From contig JAVEXI010000001.1 in NCBI GenBank assembly GCA_034004165.1, positions 3,450 through 67,449 of the forward strand: a DNA stretch of 64,000 nucleotides, in the 5' to 3' direction. The notes below the pieces were generated by a model. That model did no database searches. It saw nothing but the letters and a program-made list of their open reading frames with translations, and was not told where the DNA came from. This DNA is from Gudongella sp. (GTDB taxonomy: Bacteria; Bacillota; Clostridia; Tissierellales; Tissierellaceae). Positions within the stretch are counted from its first letter, which is position 1. Each line of letters begins with the position of its first letter. The translations under genes were made by a program, and so were the position numbers. This document shows, piece after piece, positions 39,717 through 50,690 of the stretch.

Positions 39717-41066
39717 ATGGAAATTAAAGTACCTAAATATGTAAATAGAATACTGAATGCTCTTGGCGAGGCAGGATATAAATCCTATCTTGTAGGAGGT
39801 TGTGTAAGAGACTCACTCCTTGGGAAAATACCGCATGATTACGATATAGCTACCTCAGCAAAACCTAGAGAGGTTATGGACTTATTTGAACAATATCAAA
39901 CAGTTGAAACTGGAAGGGAATTTGGCACAATAACTATTGTTCAGGATGAAGGAGCAATTGAAGTAACTACATTTAGAAAAGACATAAGTTATTCAGACGG
40001 ACGAAGGCCTGATTCGGTCAGCTTTACAGATGATTTAGAAGAGGACCTTAAGAGAAGGGATTTCACGATTAATGCCATCGCTTACTCTAAAGAAAGTGGT
40101 ATAATAGATTACTTCGGTGGAATAAAAGATATCGAAAACAGGCTTATAAGAGCTGTTGGCAACCCATTTGAAAGATTAAACGAGGACTATCTCAGAATTT
40201 TGAGAGCTGTAAGATTCGCTACTCAACTCGACTTTATTATAGACAGCGAAACTTCAAACGCGTGTATGCAACTTGCCCATGGCTTGGAAAAAGTGAGTGT
40301 TGAAAGAATCAGGGATGAACTCTTTAAAATTCTTCTTTCTGAAAAACCATCCAGAGGGTTTCTAATCATGAGATCCTTAGGTCTTTTGAGAGAGATTATC
40401 CCAGAACTAATACCAGCAATCGGATTTGATCAGAGAAATCCACATCATGATAGGTCTGTTTTTCAGCATACCCTTACAGTTCTCGACAATACTCCTAATA
40501 TACTTCATGTAAGGCTTGCTGCACTTTTGCATGATATAGGAAAGCCTTATACATTTACAGTTGATCAGTATGGCATTGGACATTTTTATGGTCACGACAA
40601 AATGAGCGTAAAAATTGGGAGAGAATTTTTATTAAGACTAAAATGTCCTACAAAGCTCATCGAGAGGACACTTAATCTAGTTAGAGAACACATGGTTCAT
40701 CACCCTGAGCTTAGAAAAAAGGGGTTAAAAAGGCAACTACAAAGAGTTGGAGAAGAAAATATCTACAATCTCATTGATTTGCAAATTGCCGACAGGCTAA
40801 GTAAAAGTGGAAGAAAAGATATTTCAAAATTACTCGACAAGAGACGTGTTATAGAAGAAATTTTGAATGCTGAAGAGCCCTTTAGAAAGCAGCACTTGGC
40901 TATTGATGGGAATGATTTAAAAAATGCGGGGTACGTGGAAGGCAAAATAATTGGTAAGATTTTGGAATACTTACTAAATTGTGTTATAAAGGACCCTGAG
41001 CTTAATGAAAAAGAAAAGCTGATGGAAATAGTCCTAAGACTATATCCACCAGATGACATAAACTGA
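39717..41066 (+). CDS. cca: CCA-adding tRNA nucleotidyltransferase with HD domain
   Basis: 449 aa; GGCVRD...DYD polymerase-beta motif, RRDFT, HD-domain LLHDIGK. Confidence 0.85.
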   Translation: MEIKVPKYVNRILNALGEAGYKSYLVGGCVRDSLLGKIPHDYDIATSAKPREVMDLFEQYQTVETGREFGTITIVQDEGAIEVTTFRKDISYSDGRRPDSVSFTDDLEEDLKRRDFTINAIAYSKESGIIDYFGGIKDIENRLIRAVGNPFERLNEDYLRILRAVRFATQLDFIIDSETSNACMQLAHGLEKVSVERIRDELFKILLSEKPSRGFLIMRSLGLLREIIPELIPAIGFDQRNPHHDRSVFQHTLTVLDNTPNILHVRLAALLHDIGKPYTFTVDQYGIGHFYGHDKMSVKIGREFLLRLKCPTKLIERTLNLVREHMVHHPELRKKGLKRQLQRVGEENIYNLIDLQIADRLSKSGRKDISKLLDKRRVIEEILNAEEPFRKQHLAIDGNDLKNAGYVEGKIIGKILEYLLNCVIKDPELNEKEKLMEIVLRLYPPDDIN

Positions 41067-41089
41067 AAAATGGTCCGGGAGGAATGTAT

Positions 41090-42439
41090 ATGGGTAGGAT
41101 GTTTGGAACTGATGGTGTCAGAGGTATTGCAAATACAGAGTTAACACCGGAACTGGCATTTGAAATTGGCAAAGCAGGAGCTGCTGTAATTTCAGGAGGA
41201 GCAACAGGCAAAGTAATAGTTGGGAAAGACACCAGAGCCTCTGGCGATATGCTGGAAGCTGCATTAACAGCAGGTATTTGCTCAATGGGATTGGATGTAG
41301 AATCTGCAGGTGTAATACCGACCCCAGCCATTGCTTATTTGGTAAGGAAGTATGGAGCAGCTGCAGGAGTTATGATTTCTGCATCACACAATCCTGGCGA
41401 ATACAATGGCATTAAGTTCTTTAATAAGGATGGGATGAAGCTACCTGATGAAGTGGAAGACCAAATTGAGGACATTATAGCTAATAAAAATGAAATCGGT
41501 GACAGACCAATTAAAGACAGGGTTGGAAGGGTATCATTAAGTAAAAGTGCAGGTAGAGATTACATGGATTTTTTAAGACATGTGATGGATTTAGACCTGA
41601 GTGGTTATAAAGTTGCCATGGATTGTGGAAATGGAGCTCTTTTTGAGATAGGACCATCAATTCTGAAGGAGATGGGAGCAGAAGTATTTGCAATTAACAC
41701 AACTCCAGACGGGATGAACATTAATCATAAGTGCGGATCGACCAACCCAGAGCTTGTTCAGCAGCTAGTTATAGAATCTGGAGCTGATATAGGATTTGCT
41801 TTCGATGGAGATGCTGACAGGATAATTGCCGTAGATGAAAAAGGACAGATTATAGATGGAGACCATATTCTCGCAATATGTGGAACCTATTTGAAAAATC
41901 GTGGAGAATTAGAAAAGAATACTGTTGTAGGAACAGTTATGACTAACATGGGTCTGGATGAATATCTGCACGGAGAAGATATAAGAATTATTAAGACTTC
42001 TGTAGGGGACAGATATATTTTAGAAGAGATGGTTCGCGGGGGATATAATTTTGGTGGGGAGCAGTCAGGACACATAATATTCCTAAAACACAATACTACT
42101 GGAGATGGCCTTGCAACTGGATTGCATCTATTAGAAGTAATGTCGGAAACTGGGAAGAAAGCTTCTGAACTGAATTCATTGATGTCAAAATACCCACAGG
42201 TATTATTCAATGCAAAAGTTGATAATTCAATGAAACACAGGTACATGGAGGTCACAGAGATAAAAGACCGTATAAAAACAATCGAAGATACTTTTAATGG
42301 CGAAGGTAGAGTCCTAATCCGTCCCTCGGGGACAGAGCCTTTGGTAAGAGTGATGATTGAAGGAAAGGATTTGGATAGTATTACTGTTGCTGCCAGGGAA
42401 CTAACTGTGTTTATAGAAGAAAAGATTGGACCAAAATAA
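41090..42439 (+). CDS. glmM: Phosphoglucosamine mutase
   Basis: Active-site SASHNP. ATG 41090 gives the typical MGRMFGTDGVRG N-terminus, 7 nt after GGGAGG; the track start is 41084. Confidence 0.92.
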   Translation: MGRMFGTDGVRGIANTELTPELAFEIGKAGAAVISGGATGKVIVGKDTRASGDMLEAALTAGICSMGLDVESAGVIPTPAIAYLVRKYGAAAGVMISASHNPGEYNGIKFFNKDGMKLPDEVEDQIEDIIANKNEIGDRPIKDRVGRVSLSKSAGRDYMDFLRHVMDLDLSGYKVAMDCGNGALFEIGPSILKEMGAEVFAINTTPDGMNINHKCGSTNPELVQQLVIESGADIGFAFDGDADRIIAVDEKGQIIDGDHILAICGTYLKNRGELEKNTVVGTVMTNMGLDEYLHGEDIRIIKTSVGDRYILEEMVRGGYNFGGEQSGHIIFLKHNTTGDGLATGLHLLEVMSETGKKASELNSLMSKYPQVLFNAKVDNSMKHRYMEVTEIKDRIKTIEDTFNGEGRVLIRPSGTEPLVRVMIEGKDLDSITVAARELTVFIEEKIGPK

Positions 42440-42456
42440 AACTGAGGAGTGGTGAA

Positions 42457-43290
42457 ATGAATTACAAAATTGTTGCTGACAGTAGCTGTGATTTAAATGA
42501 GGAACTGCAGGAAAATTTACAAGTCAGCCTTGTGCCGTTCAAAATCGACATCGACAACTATTCATTCATAGATGATGCAGATATCGACATGCAAAGACTT
42601 GTTAGCGTAATGAACGCCAGTCCTAACCCGATAAAATCTTCATGCCCTTCACCTGGTGATTTTAGAGAAACTTTCTTAGAAGCAGATAACATTTTTGTAG
42701 TGACAATATCAAAAGAGCTATCAGGAACTTATAATAGTGCAGTACTTGCTAAAGATATGGTGCAGGAAGAAACTGAAGGAAAGTTCATTCACGTTTTCAA
42801 CTCTAGATCTGCAAGTGTTGGAGAGACTCTAGTTGCAATGAAAATTAAAGAATGTCTCCATCAGAAGCTTTCCAATGAAGCTCTTGTTGAAAAAGTTGAG
42901 GACTTTATTGATAATATGAAGACATTTTTTATATCTGAAGATCTCAGTAATCTGATAAAAAATGGCAGGATATCGAAGACTCAGGGTCTCATAGCAAATG
43001 TATTAAATATTAAACCCATTATGAGAGCAACTTCTGATGGAAATATCGAAGCCCTTGAAAAAATACGCGGAAGCAGAAAAGCTTTTAAGAGGCTTGCAGA
43101 GGTAATTGAAGAAAGTGGTGTAAAGTTTGAAGAAAGAATTTTGGCGATATCTCATGCCAATGCACTTCAAAAGGCCTTAGACCTTAAGAATGACTTAGCT
43201 AAATTAAATTTTAAAGACATTGTCATTGTCGAAACTAAAGCTTTATCTACAGCTTATGTTAATGACGGTGGAGTAATTATTGCATTTTAA
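42457..43290 (+). CDS. DegV-family fatty-acid-binding protein (FakB-like)
   Basis: 277 aa; DegV N-terminal pattern KIVADSSCDL. Confidence 0.85.
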   Translation: MNYKIVADSSCDLNEELQENLQVSLVPFKIDIDNYSFIDDADIDMQRLVSVMNASPNPIKSSCPSPGDFRETFLEADNIFVVTISKELSGTYNSAVLAKDMVQEETEGKFIHVFNSRSASVGETLVAMKIKECLHQKLSNEALVEKVEDFIDNMKTFFISEDLSNLIKNGRISKTQGLIANVLNIKPIMRATSDGNIEALEKIRGSRKAFKRLAEVIEESGVKFEERILAISHANALQKALDLKNDLAKLNFKDIVIVETKALSTAYVNDGGVIIAF

Positions 43291-43319
43291 AGAATTCTAA
43301 AAAAATTTCAAGAAACAGT

Positions 43320-43347
43320 TTGACAAATTGCCTCCCGATGCTATAAT
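43320..43347 (+). promoter_or_regulatory. Sigma-A promoter of tRNA-Leu
   Basis: TTGACA 43320-43325, 16-nt spacer, TATAAT 43342-43347. Confidence 0.6.
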
Positions 43348-43380
43348 GGTTAAGGTAGACGTAATTTGTCTAAACATTAC

Positions 43381-43464
43381 GCGGGAATGGCGGAATTGGC
43401 AGACGCGCTAGACTTAGGATCTAGTGTCATTGACGTGGGGGTTCAAGTCCTCTTTCCCGCACCA
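43381..43464 (+). tRNA. tRNA-Leu (anticodon UAG), CCA encoded
   Basis: Acceptor GCGGGAA/TTCCCGC, anticodon stem CTAGA/TCTAG with loop CTTAGGA, long variable arm, TTCAAGT T-loop, 3-prime ACCA. Confidence 0.85.
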
Positions 43465-43466
43465 GC

Positions 43467-43496
43467 AAAAACCAGTGGTTCTGCCATTGGTTTTTT
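43467..43496 (+). terminator. Rho-independent terminator after tRNA-Leu
   Basis: Stem ACCAGTGG / CCATTGGT (one G-U) followed by TTTTTT. Confidence 0.7.
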
Positions 43497-43590
43497 CACA
43501 TGTAGGAATTTGGAAATCATTATGTTATAATTTAATGATGAAGACACTGCAATCTGAGCATATTTAAATAATATAATAGGGGGTTCATTG

Positions 43591-44883
43591 ATGAAGGCAG
43601 TTTTAGAAAAAAGGGAAAAAAACACGGTACACTTCAGTATTGAGTTTCCAGCTGGAGATTTTGAAGCAGCTCTACAACAAGCTTATTTAAAAAACAGAGG
43701 GAAGTTTAATATCCAAGGATTTAGAAAAGGAAAAGTGCCCAGAAGAATAATCGAAATGAACTACGGCAAAGAAATATTCTATGAAGATGCCATAAACATA
43801 ATGCTTCCGGATGCTTATTCAGATGCTATAGATCAACTGAGTTTAGAAGTAGTTGACAGTCCAAATGTAAATGTAGATGAAATCGTTCCTGGCGAACCTA
43901 TAAACGTGAAATTTTCTGTAGATGTAAAGCCTGAAATAGAGCTTGGGGATTTTAGCGTTATAGAGATGGAAAAGGTTGATTATTCTGCTACTGATGAGAT
44001 GGTAGATGCTGAGATTTCAAGAGTTCAGGATCAAAATGCCAGAATTATCGATGCAGGAGAGAGAGAAATCGAAAACGGAGATATCACTACTATTGATTTC
44101 GAAGGTTTTGTAGATGACGTTGCATTTGAAGGTGGGCAAGCTGAAAACCACGTGCTTGAAATAGGATCAGGCCAATTTATTCCTGGTTTTGAAGAAGCTC
44201 TGATTGGCAAGAAGAAAGGCGAAGATACTGAAGTAAATGTTACCTTTCCCGAAGAATACCATGAAGAATCACTAAAAGGCAAGCCTGCAGTATTCAAAGT
44301 CAGCATAAAAGAAGTTAAAACAAAAGAATTGCCAGAGATTGATGATGAATTTGCTAAAGATGTAAGTGAGTTTGACACTCTTGATGAATACAAAGAGAGT
44401 ATTAAAAAAGAACTCGAAGAGAGCCTCAAAGAGCAGGAAAAAATTGATATAGAAAATCAGATAGTCGAAAAAGTCGTAGAGATGAGTACTTTAGAAGTTC
44501 CACCAGCAATGATTGATTCTCAAGTTGATAACGAAATCAAAGACTTTGAGTACAGAGTGAGTATGCAAGGTTTTGAATTAGACAAATACTTGGAACTAAC
44601 TGGAATGAACTTGGAGAGTCTTCGCGACAACTTTAGACCTGTAGCAGAAAAAAGAGTCAAGGCTGACTTGGTACTTGAAGCAATAGCTAAAGCAGAAAAT
44701 ATTGAAGTAACCGATGAAGATATAGATAACGAGCTGAGAAAGCTCGCTGAGCAGTATAAACAAGATGACGTTGAGAAATTTGTAAATGACATGAAGCGTG
44801 GAGATTTAGATTTCCTCAAAGCGGGTATATCAAACAGTAAAGTTCTTGATATGCTAAGAGAGAGAGTTAAATTTGTTGAGTAG
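43591..44883 (+). CDS. tig: Trigger factor
   Basis: About 430 aa; ribosome-binding GFRKGKVP motif, FKBP-type PPIase domain. ATG 43591 lies 7 nt after AGGGGG. Confidence 0.95.
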   Translation: MKAVLEKREKNTVHFSIEFPAGDFEAALQQAYLKNRGKFNIQGFRKGKVPRRIIEMNYGKEIFYEDAINIMLPDAYSDAIDQLSLEVVDSPNVNVDEIVPGEPINVKFSVDVKPEIELGDFSVIEMEKVDYSATDEMVDAEISRVQDQNARIIDAGEREIENGDITTIDFEGFVDDVAFEGGQAENHVLEIGSGQFIPGFEEALIGKKKGEDTEVNVTFPEEYHEESLKGKPAVFKVSIKEVKTKELPEIDDEFAKDVSEFDTLDEYKESIKKELEESLKEQEKIDIENQIVEKVVEMSTLEVPPAMIDSQVDNEIKDFEYRVSMQGFELDKYLELTGMNLESLRDNFRPVAEKRVKADLVLEAIAKAENIEVTDEDIDNELRKLAEQYKQDDVEKFVNDMKRGDLDFLKAGISNSKVLDMLRERVKFVE

Positions 44884-44894
44884 GAGGTAATCTT

Positions 44895-45479
44895 ATGGCA
44901 TTAGTACCAATAGTTGTAGAACAGACAAACAGAGGAGAGAGGTCATATGATATTTATTCAAGGCTTCTAAAAGATAGGATAATCATCCTCGGTTCTGAGA
45001 TCAACGATGTGGTTGCAGACCTGGTAGTCGCGCAGCTGTTGTTCCTGGAAGCAGAAGATCCTGAAAAGGACATTCAAATATATATTAATAGTCCAGGGGG
45101 CTCAGTGAGTGCAGGCTTCGCAATATACGATACAATTCAGTATATAAAACCTGACGTTGCAACAATCTGCGTGGGCAGAGCTGCTTCGATGGGAGCATTT
45201 CTTCTGTCAGCAGGTACGAAAGGAAAGAGATTTGCTCTTCCTAACTCTGATATTATGATTCACCAGCCACTGGGAGGAGCTCAGGGGCAGGCTGAAGACA
45301 TCAGAATACAGGCGGAGAAGATTATTGAGATAAGAGAGAGAATCAATAGGATATTGTCTGAGAGAACCGGGCAGCCTCTTGAAAGGATTGCTAAGGATAC
45401 AGACAGGGATTATTATATGAGTGCAGCTGAGGCTGTTGAATATGGGATAATCGATGCCATAATGGAGAGAAAGAAATAA
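44895..45479 (+). CDS. clpP: ATP-dependent Clp protease proteolytic subunit
   Basis: 194 aa; catalytic Ser in GRAASMGAF, with His and Asp in conserved contexts. Confidence 0.97.
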   Translation: MALVPIVVEQTNRGERSYDIYSRLLKDRIIILGSEINDVVADLVVAQLLFLEAEDPEKDIQIYINSPGGSVSAGFAIYDTIQYIKPDVATICVGRAASMGAFLLSAGTKGKRFALPNSDIMIHQPLGGAQGQAEDIRIQAEKIIEIRERINRILSERTGQPLERIAKDTDRDYYMSAAEAVEYGIIDAIMERKK

Positions 45480-45490
45480 GAGGTGAGTCC

Positions 45491-46768
45491 ATGGCAAAAA
45501 ATGATGACAAGCAACTAAGGTGTTCATTTTGTGGGAAGCCACAAGATCAGGTAAAAAGACTCATTGCTGGTCCCAACGTATATATTTGCAACGAATGTAT
45601 AGAACTCTGCCAGGAGATAATCGAAGAAGAATTTGTTGACTACCTGTCAGATTTCCAGCTTGATGAAGTGCCAAAGCCAAGCGAGATTAGAGAAACTCTT
45701 GATGAATATGTAATCCAGCAAGAGAGAGCTAAAAAAGGTCTGGCTGTGGCTGTATATAACCACTATAAAAGAATACACAAGAAACCATCAAAAAATGAAG
45801 ATATAGAGCTTCAGAAGAGCAATATACTAATGATAGGGCCCACAGGTTCTGGAAAGACACTGCTTGCCCAGACTCTTGCAAAAATTTTGAACGTACCGTT
45901 TGCAATAGCTGATGCAACTTCTCTTACAGAAGCTGGATATGTAGGCGAAGACGTGGAAAATATTATACTAAAGCTAATTCAGGCTGCTGACTACGATATA
46001 GAAAAGGCTGAAAAAGGCATAGTATATATCGATGAGATCGACAAGATCGCACGTAAAACTGAGAATCCGTCCATAACTCGTGACGTAAGTGGCGAAGGAG
46101 TTCAACAGGCACTTCTAAAAATTTTGGAGGGAACTGTTGCAAATGTGCCGCCACAGGGAGGCAGGAAGCATCCACATCAGGAGTTTATTCAGGTGGATAC
46201 AACAAATATTTTATTCATTGTAGGCGGAGCTTTTGACGGGCTTGACAAGATAATTCAAATGAGAGTTGGCAAAAAAGCGATGGGCTTTGGAGCAGATGTT
46301 AAATCTCAAAGAACTAATATGGGTGAGCTGTTGAACCAGATACAGCCAGAAGATCTTATAAAATTTGGGCTTATTCCAGAGTTTGTAGGCAGGCTTCCAG
46401 TTGTTGCAACACTGGAGGAACTGGATGAAGAGGCTCTAGTGAGAATTCTAACTGAACCAAAGAATGCTCTTGTCAAACAATATAAGGAACTCTTCTCAAT
46501 GGATGGAGTAGATCTGGAATTTGAAGATTCAGCCCTTAAAATAATTGCTAAAAAAGCTATTGAAAGAAAAACTGGTGCAAGGGGATTAAGAGGCATCATT
46601 GAAGAGAAGATGTTAGACATAATGTACGAGATACCTAATAGAGACGATGTTGAAAAGTGCGTAATAACTAAAGACACAATAGAGAAAAACGGAGAGCCTA
46701 CTTTGGTCTTATCAGGTGATAAAAAAAATAAGGCCAAAAATAAAGGCAGTAAGGAATCCGCATCCTAA
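45491..46768 (+). CDS. clpX: ATP-dependent Clp protease ATP-binding subunit ClpX
   Basis: 425 aa; zinc-binding CSFCGK...CNEC, Walker A GPTGSGKT. Confidence 0.97.
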   Translation: MAKNDDKQLRCSFCGKPQDQVKRLIAGPNVYICNECIELCQEIIEEEFVDYLSDFQLDEVPKPSEIRETLDEYVIQQERAKKGLAVAVYNHYKRIHKKPSKNEDIELQKSNILMIGPTGSGKTLLAQTLAKILNVPFAIADATSLTEAGYVGEDVENIILKLIQAADYDIEKAEKGIVYIDEIDKIARKTENPSITRDVSGEGVQQALLKILEGTVANVPPQGGRKHPHQEFIQVDTTNILFIVGGAFDGLDKIIQMRVGKKAMGFGADVKSQRTNMGELLNQIQPEDLIKFGLIPEFVGRLPVVATLEELDEEALVRILTEPKNALVKQYKELFSMDGVDLEFEDSALKIIAKKAIERKTGARGLRGIIEEKMLDIMYEIPNRDDVEKCVITKDTIEKNGEPTLVLSGDKKNKAKNKGSKESAS

Positions 46769-46796
46769 GGGCTCACAACTGTGAGCCTTTGCTTTG
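46768..46796 (+). terminator. Weak terminator or attenuator hairpin between clpX and lon
   Basis: Stem GGCTCAC / GTGAGCC, loop AACT, interrupted T tail (TTTGCTTTG). Confidence 0.4.
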
Positions 46797-46815
46797 CAGA
46801 AGAGGAGTGATATTT

Positions 46816-49173
46816 GTGAAACATCCCTATGTAATTAAAAAAACTACTCTGCCTTTGATACCTTTAAGAGGGATATCAATTTTTCCTCATATGGTCATTC
46901 ATTTTGATGTAGGCCGTGAAAAATCAGTTCAGGCTCTAGAGAAATCAATGATGGATGATTCCCTTATCCTCTTGTGTACTCAGATTAATCCGAAACTCGA
47001 AGAACCAGAAGTAAACGACTTTTATCACGTGGGTACGATTGCAAAGGTAAAGCAAATGCTTAAACTTCCAGGTGGCAGCATAAGAGTGCTGGTCGAGGGT
47101 CTGAACAGGGGAAAAGTTAAGAAAATCAAAATGAAAGAACCATTTTTCCTAGCTGAGGCAGAAGAATATATATATAATCCAGATGAATTGGAGTTAAACC
47201 AGGATGTTGAGGCTGCAATGCGCCTTGTAATTGAAGATTTAGAAGAGTATACAGCCCTAAACACTAAAGTTTCATCAGAGGTTCTATACACGATTTCAGA
47301 TATTGAAGATCCTGGCAGACTTGCTGACGTCATAGCATCTTATGTGTTTCTTAAGCAGGAGGACGATCAGCGAATTCTGGAAGCTTTTGATTTCTATGAA
47401 AGACTGGAAATTCTACACCAGATATTGCAGGAAGAAATAGAACTTCTGAGGATAGAGGATAAGATAAATCAGAGAGTTAGAAAACAAATTAGTAAAATTC
47501 AAAAAGAGTATTATCTTAAAGAACAAATGAAAGCGATCCAGAAAGAACTGGGTGAAGATGATGAGCTTTCTAATGAAATAGAAGAGTATGAGTACAAAAT
47601 CAACAAATTGAAGATGCCAAAGGAAGTAAAAGAAAAGGCTTTGAAGGAAGTTGACAGACTGTCTAGAACGCCTTCGCATTCTGCTGAAGTTGGCGTTATC
47701 AGAACCTATCTTGATTGGATAGTTGAATTGCCATGGAGCAAAGAGACTAAAGAGAAAATCGACATTAAAAAGGCTAGAGAAATACTTGATAATGACCATT
47801 ATGGCCTAAAAGACGTAAAAGAAAGAATTTTAGAGTTTATTGCTATAAGAAAACTCTCAACTTCAATCAAAGGTCCAATACTATGCCTGGTTGGGCCACC
47901 AGGAGTAGGTAAAACATCGATTGCTAAATCAATAGCATCATCTCTGGGTAGAAATTTTGTCAGGATGTCCCTTGGAGGGGTAAGAGATGAAGCTGAGATT
48001 AGAGGACATAGGAGAACCTATGTTGGTGCAATGCCTGGACGAATAATTAGCTCAATTAAAAAAGCTGGAACAAAGAACCCTGTATTCCTGTTTGATGAGA
48101 TAGACAAGCTAGCCAGCGATTTTAGGGGAGATCCAGCCAGTGCACTGCTTGAGGTTCTTGATCCTGAGCAAAATTCAACTTTTACTGACCATTTTCTGGA
48201 TGCTCCTTTTGACCTTTCTAAGGTATTGTTTGTAACGACAGCGAATACAACATCAAGCATTCCTCCTGCTCTTTTGGACAGGATGGAGGTAATCAGAATC
48301 AGTGGTTACACTGAGGAAGAAAAAGTCGAAATAGCTAAGAGATACCTGCTTCCTAAACAGAAAAAGGAACATGGATTGGATGACGGGCAGCTTTCGGTTT
48401 CTGAATCAGCTATCAGAGATATAATTAACTATTACACTAGAGAAGCTGGCGTGAGAAATTTAGAGAGAAATATTGCTAATGTCTGTAGAAAAGCAGCAAA
48501 AAGTATAGTGGAAAAGGGCAGAAAAGGTGTAAAAGTTAATTCTGCCAATCTCATAGGATTATTGGGTCCTGGAAGGTATAGATATGACAAAGTTGAGGAG
48601 CTAAATCAAATAGGAGTAGCTAATGGTTTGGCTTGGACTGCAGTAGGAGGAGAGACTCTTTCCGTTGAAGTAACAACGATGCAGGGCACTGGGAAAGTTC
48701 AATTGACTGGTCAGCTTGGAGATGTGATGAAAGAATCAGCTATGGCAGGAATTAGTTATATCAGAGCGAATTCCGAAGAATTAAAAGTGCCTGTTGAATT
48801 CTACAAAGACATGGATATACACATTCACGTTCCAGAAGGTGCCATACCAAAAGATGGGCCTTCAGCTGGAATAACAATAGCAACAGCTGTGATATCAGCT
48901 CTTTTGAATACTCCTGTTCAAAGAGATGTAGCTATGACAGGAGAAATTACCTTAAGAGGCAGGGTACTTCCCGTTGGCGGGATAAAGGAAAAGCTCCTTG
49001 CTGCTCATAGAATGGGAATTAAAAAAGTGCTTCTTCCATCGGAAAACGAGACAGACCTTGAGGAAATCCCAGAAAAAATTAAGAAAAAGATGGAGTTTGT
49101 CCTGGTGAAGAATCTGGATGAGGTGCTTAAAAATGCACTGGAACCAGGTGGTGTCGAAGATGAAGATAATTAG
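46816..49173 (+). CDS. lon: ATP-dependent Lon protease (LonA)
   Basis: Walker [10 protein letters not shown], protease site [13 protein letters not shown] 46816 after an AGAGGAG SD is preferred; the track start 46789 falls inside the upstream hairpin. Confidence 0.93.
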   Translation: MKHPYVIKKTTLPLIPLRGISIFPHMVIHFDVGREKSVQALEKSMMDDSLILLCTQINPKLEEPEVNDFYHVGTIAKVKQMLKLPGGSIRVLVEGLNRGKVKKIKMKEPFFLAEAEEYIYNPDELELNQDVEAAMRLVIEDLEEYTALNTKVSSEVLYTISDIEDPGRLADVIASYVFLKQEDDQRILEAFDFYERLEILHQILQEEIELLRIEDKINQRVRKQISKIQKEYYLKEQMKAIQKELGEDDELSNEIEEYEYKINKLKMPKEVKEKALKEVDRLSRTPSHSAEVGVIRTYLDWIVELPWSKETKEKIDIKKAREILDNDHYGLKDVKERILEFIAIRKLSTSIKGPILCLVGPPGVGKTSIAKSIASSLGRNFVRMSLGGVRDEAEIRGHRRTYVGAMPGRIISSIKKAGTKNPVFLFDEIDKLASDFRGDPASALLEVLDPEQNSTFTDHFLDAPFDLSKVLFVTTANTTSSIPPALLDRMEVIRISGYTEEEKVEIAKRYLLPKQKKEHGLDDGQLSVSESAIRDIINYYTREAGVRNLERNIANVCRKAAKSIVEKGRKGVKVNSANLIGLLGPGRYRYDKVEELNQIGVANGLAWTAVGGETLSVEVTTMQGTGKVQLTGQLGDVMKESAMAGISYIRANSEELKVPVEFYKDMDIHIHVPEGAIPKDGPSAGITIATAVISALLNTPVQRDVAMTGEITLRGRVLPVGGIKEKLLAAHRMGIKKVLLPSENETDLEEIPEKIKKKMEFVLVKNLDEVLKNALEPGGVEDEDN

Positions 49174-49747
49174 CTCAGACTTGCAGGCTATGGCTGTAGC
49201 TCCGACTGGGTATCCAAAGGATGAACTTCCAGAGATTGCCTTTGTAGGTCGCTCAAATGTAGGGAAGTCCTCGTTTATAAATGCCATGTTAAACAGGATT
49301 AACCTGGCTAGGACAAGTGGAAAACCAGGAAAGACCAGGACAATAAATTTCTATTTAATTAACGAACTGTTTAGATTTGTCGACCTTCCGGGGTATGGCT
49401 ATGCGCAAGTTTCATTTACAGAAAGGAACCGCTGGAAAGGTATAATTGAAAAGTATTTGAAGAATAGAAATAATCTGAAAGTTATATGTCTTATTGTAGA
49501 TATCAGACATAAACCTTCTGAACAAGATATAGAAATGTACAAGTGGATTGAGGCATATAACCTGAAAACAATCGTAATTGCAACAAAGGCAGATAAAATC
49601 TCTAAAAGTCAGTGGAAAAAGAGTACTGATGAAATCAAAAAAGCACTTTGTGACAAAATGTGTGATATCGATGTGGTACCATTTTCTTCTTCAAAGAAGA
49701 TAAACGTCGATGAACTTTGGAAAATGTTTGACGGTTATATTTCATGA
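49160..49747 (+). CDS. engB: Ribosome biogenesis GTPase YsxC/EngB
   Basis: G1 [23 protein letters not shown] 49160 overlaps the end of lon. Confidence 0.9.
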   Translation: MKIISSDLQAMAVAPTGYPKDELPEIAFVGRSNVGKSSFINAMLNRINLARTSGKPGKTRTINFYLINELFRFVDLPGYGYAQVSFTERNRWKGIIEKYLKNRNNLKVICLIVDIRHKPSEQDIEMYKWIEAYNLKTIVIATKADKISKSQWKKSTDEIKKALCDKMCDIDVVPFSSSKKINVDELWKMFDGYIS

Positions 49748-49768
49748 AACTAATAAATAGTAAAAAAT

Positions 49769-49800
49769 AAGAAAGGCCAGTATTTACTGGCCTTTCTTTA
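49769..49800. terminator. Bidirectional rho-independent terminator (engB / rubredoxin)
   Basis: 10-bp stem GAAAGGCCAG / CTGGCCTTTC with flanking A/T runs. Confidence 0.8.
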
Positions 49801-49817
49801 AGTACATAATCTCGTGA

Positions 49818-49976
49818 TTATTCTTTTTCAAACATGTCCTGACTTGCGCCGCATACTGGGCAAACCCATTCCTCCGGCAGATCTTCAAATGCCACTCCTG
49901 GAGCTATACCTCCATCTGGATCTCCAACTTCAGGATCATAAACATAACCACATGGTCCGCAAACCCATCTGTCCAT
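49818..49976 (-). CDS. Rubredoxin (52 aa; below the ORF-track length cutoff)
   Basis: The reverse strand translates to [52 protein letters not shown], with the two CxxCG knuckles. AAAGGAGAA SD and a TATAAT -10 upstream. Confidence 0.9.
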   Translation of the reverse strand: MDRWVCGPCGYVYDPEVGDPDGGIAPGVAFEDLPEEWVCPVCGASQDMFEKE

Positions 49977-50123
49977 TAAGATTCTCCTTTCGCAAGTTAT
50001 TTTATCGAGTTAACTTATTATACCATATTTTATAAAAATTTAAACCTTATTTTTCTAATTGTAAAAAACATATCAATTAAGATTAATAAATGGCAAAATG
50101 GGTAAAATACAAGAGAATAGAAA

Positions 50124-50531
50124 ATGGCGGATGTGATGGGCATGAATTATTTATATAAAGGATCAGTCAACAGCGATCTGGATACAATCAAATCCTTTAT
50201 AGAAAAAACAGTTGGAATCTTGAATGGAATAATTAAAGACAGAGACCTTATGTTTGATGTGAGGGTCATATTAAATGAACTCATAATGAACGGTGCTCTC
50301 CACGGAAATGAATGTATACAGTCTAAACACGTCTGCCTGACGTTAAGAATGAATAGCGACAGACTTATGATAGAGGTTGAAGATGAAGGTGGAGGGATTG
50401 ATTATGACTTAAGTGATTACAATCCCTATGACCTGAAATCCTGGGGAAGAGGTCTGGTACTAGTTAACGGTTTGTCAGATGAATTCTACGTTGACAGGAA
50501 TAAAGTTGTTTCTATAAAAAGAATTGTTTAA
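50124..50531 (+). CDS. Orphan anti-sigma-factor-like Ser/Thr kinase (HATPase_c, SpoIIAB/RsbW-like)
   Basis: 135 aa; N-box NELIMNGALHGN, G1 DEGGGID, G2 GRGLVLV. Start uncertain (ATG at 50124, 50136 or 50142; weak SD). Confidence 0.65.
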   Translation: MADVMGMNYLYKGSVNSDLDTIKSFIEKTVGILNGIIKDRDLMFDVRVILNELIMNGALHGNECIQSKHVCLTLRMNSDRLMIEVEDEGGGIDYDLSDYNPYDLKSWGRGLVLVNGLSDEFYVDRNKVVSIKRIV

Positions 50532-50555
50532 CTCGCCAGATATTGTATGAAATAT

Positions 50556-50592
50556 AAAAAGGGTGCCGTAATTAAATAAGGCACCCTTTTTT
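50556..50592 (+). terminator. Rho-independent terminator
   Basis: Stem AAAAAGGGTGCC / GGCACCCTTTTT with a T-run. Confidence 0.85.
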
Positions 50593-50690
50593 AGCGCAAT
50601 TTAGATGTCTTTACAAACATGTGATAATAGTATAATATTAACTGGTTAACAAAGAGAATAACACATATAGAAGGGATCTGTAAGAATATA

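Noticed and set aside
49814-50035. 73-aa + strand ORF from the track
   Set aside because: It is the antisense shadow of the rubredoxin gene at 49818..49976 and has no SD or recognisable motif.
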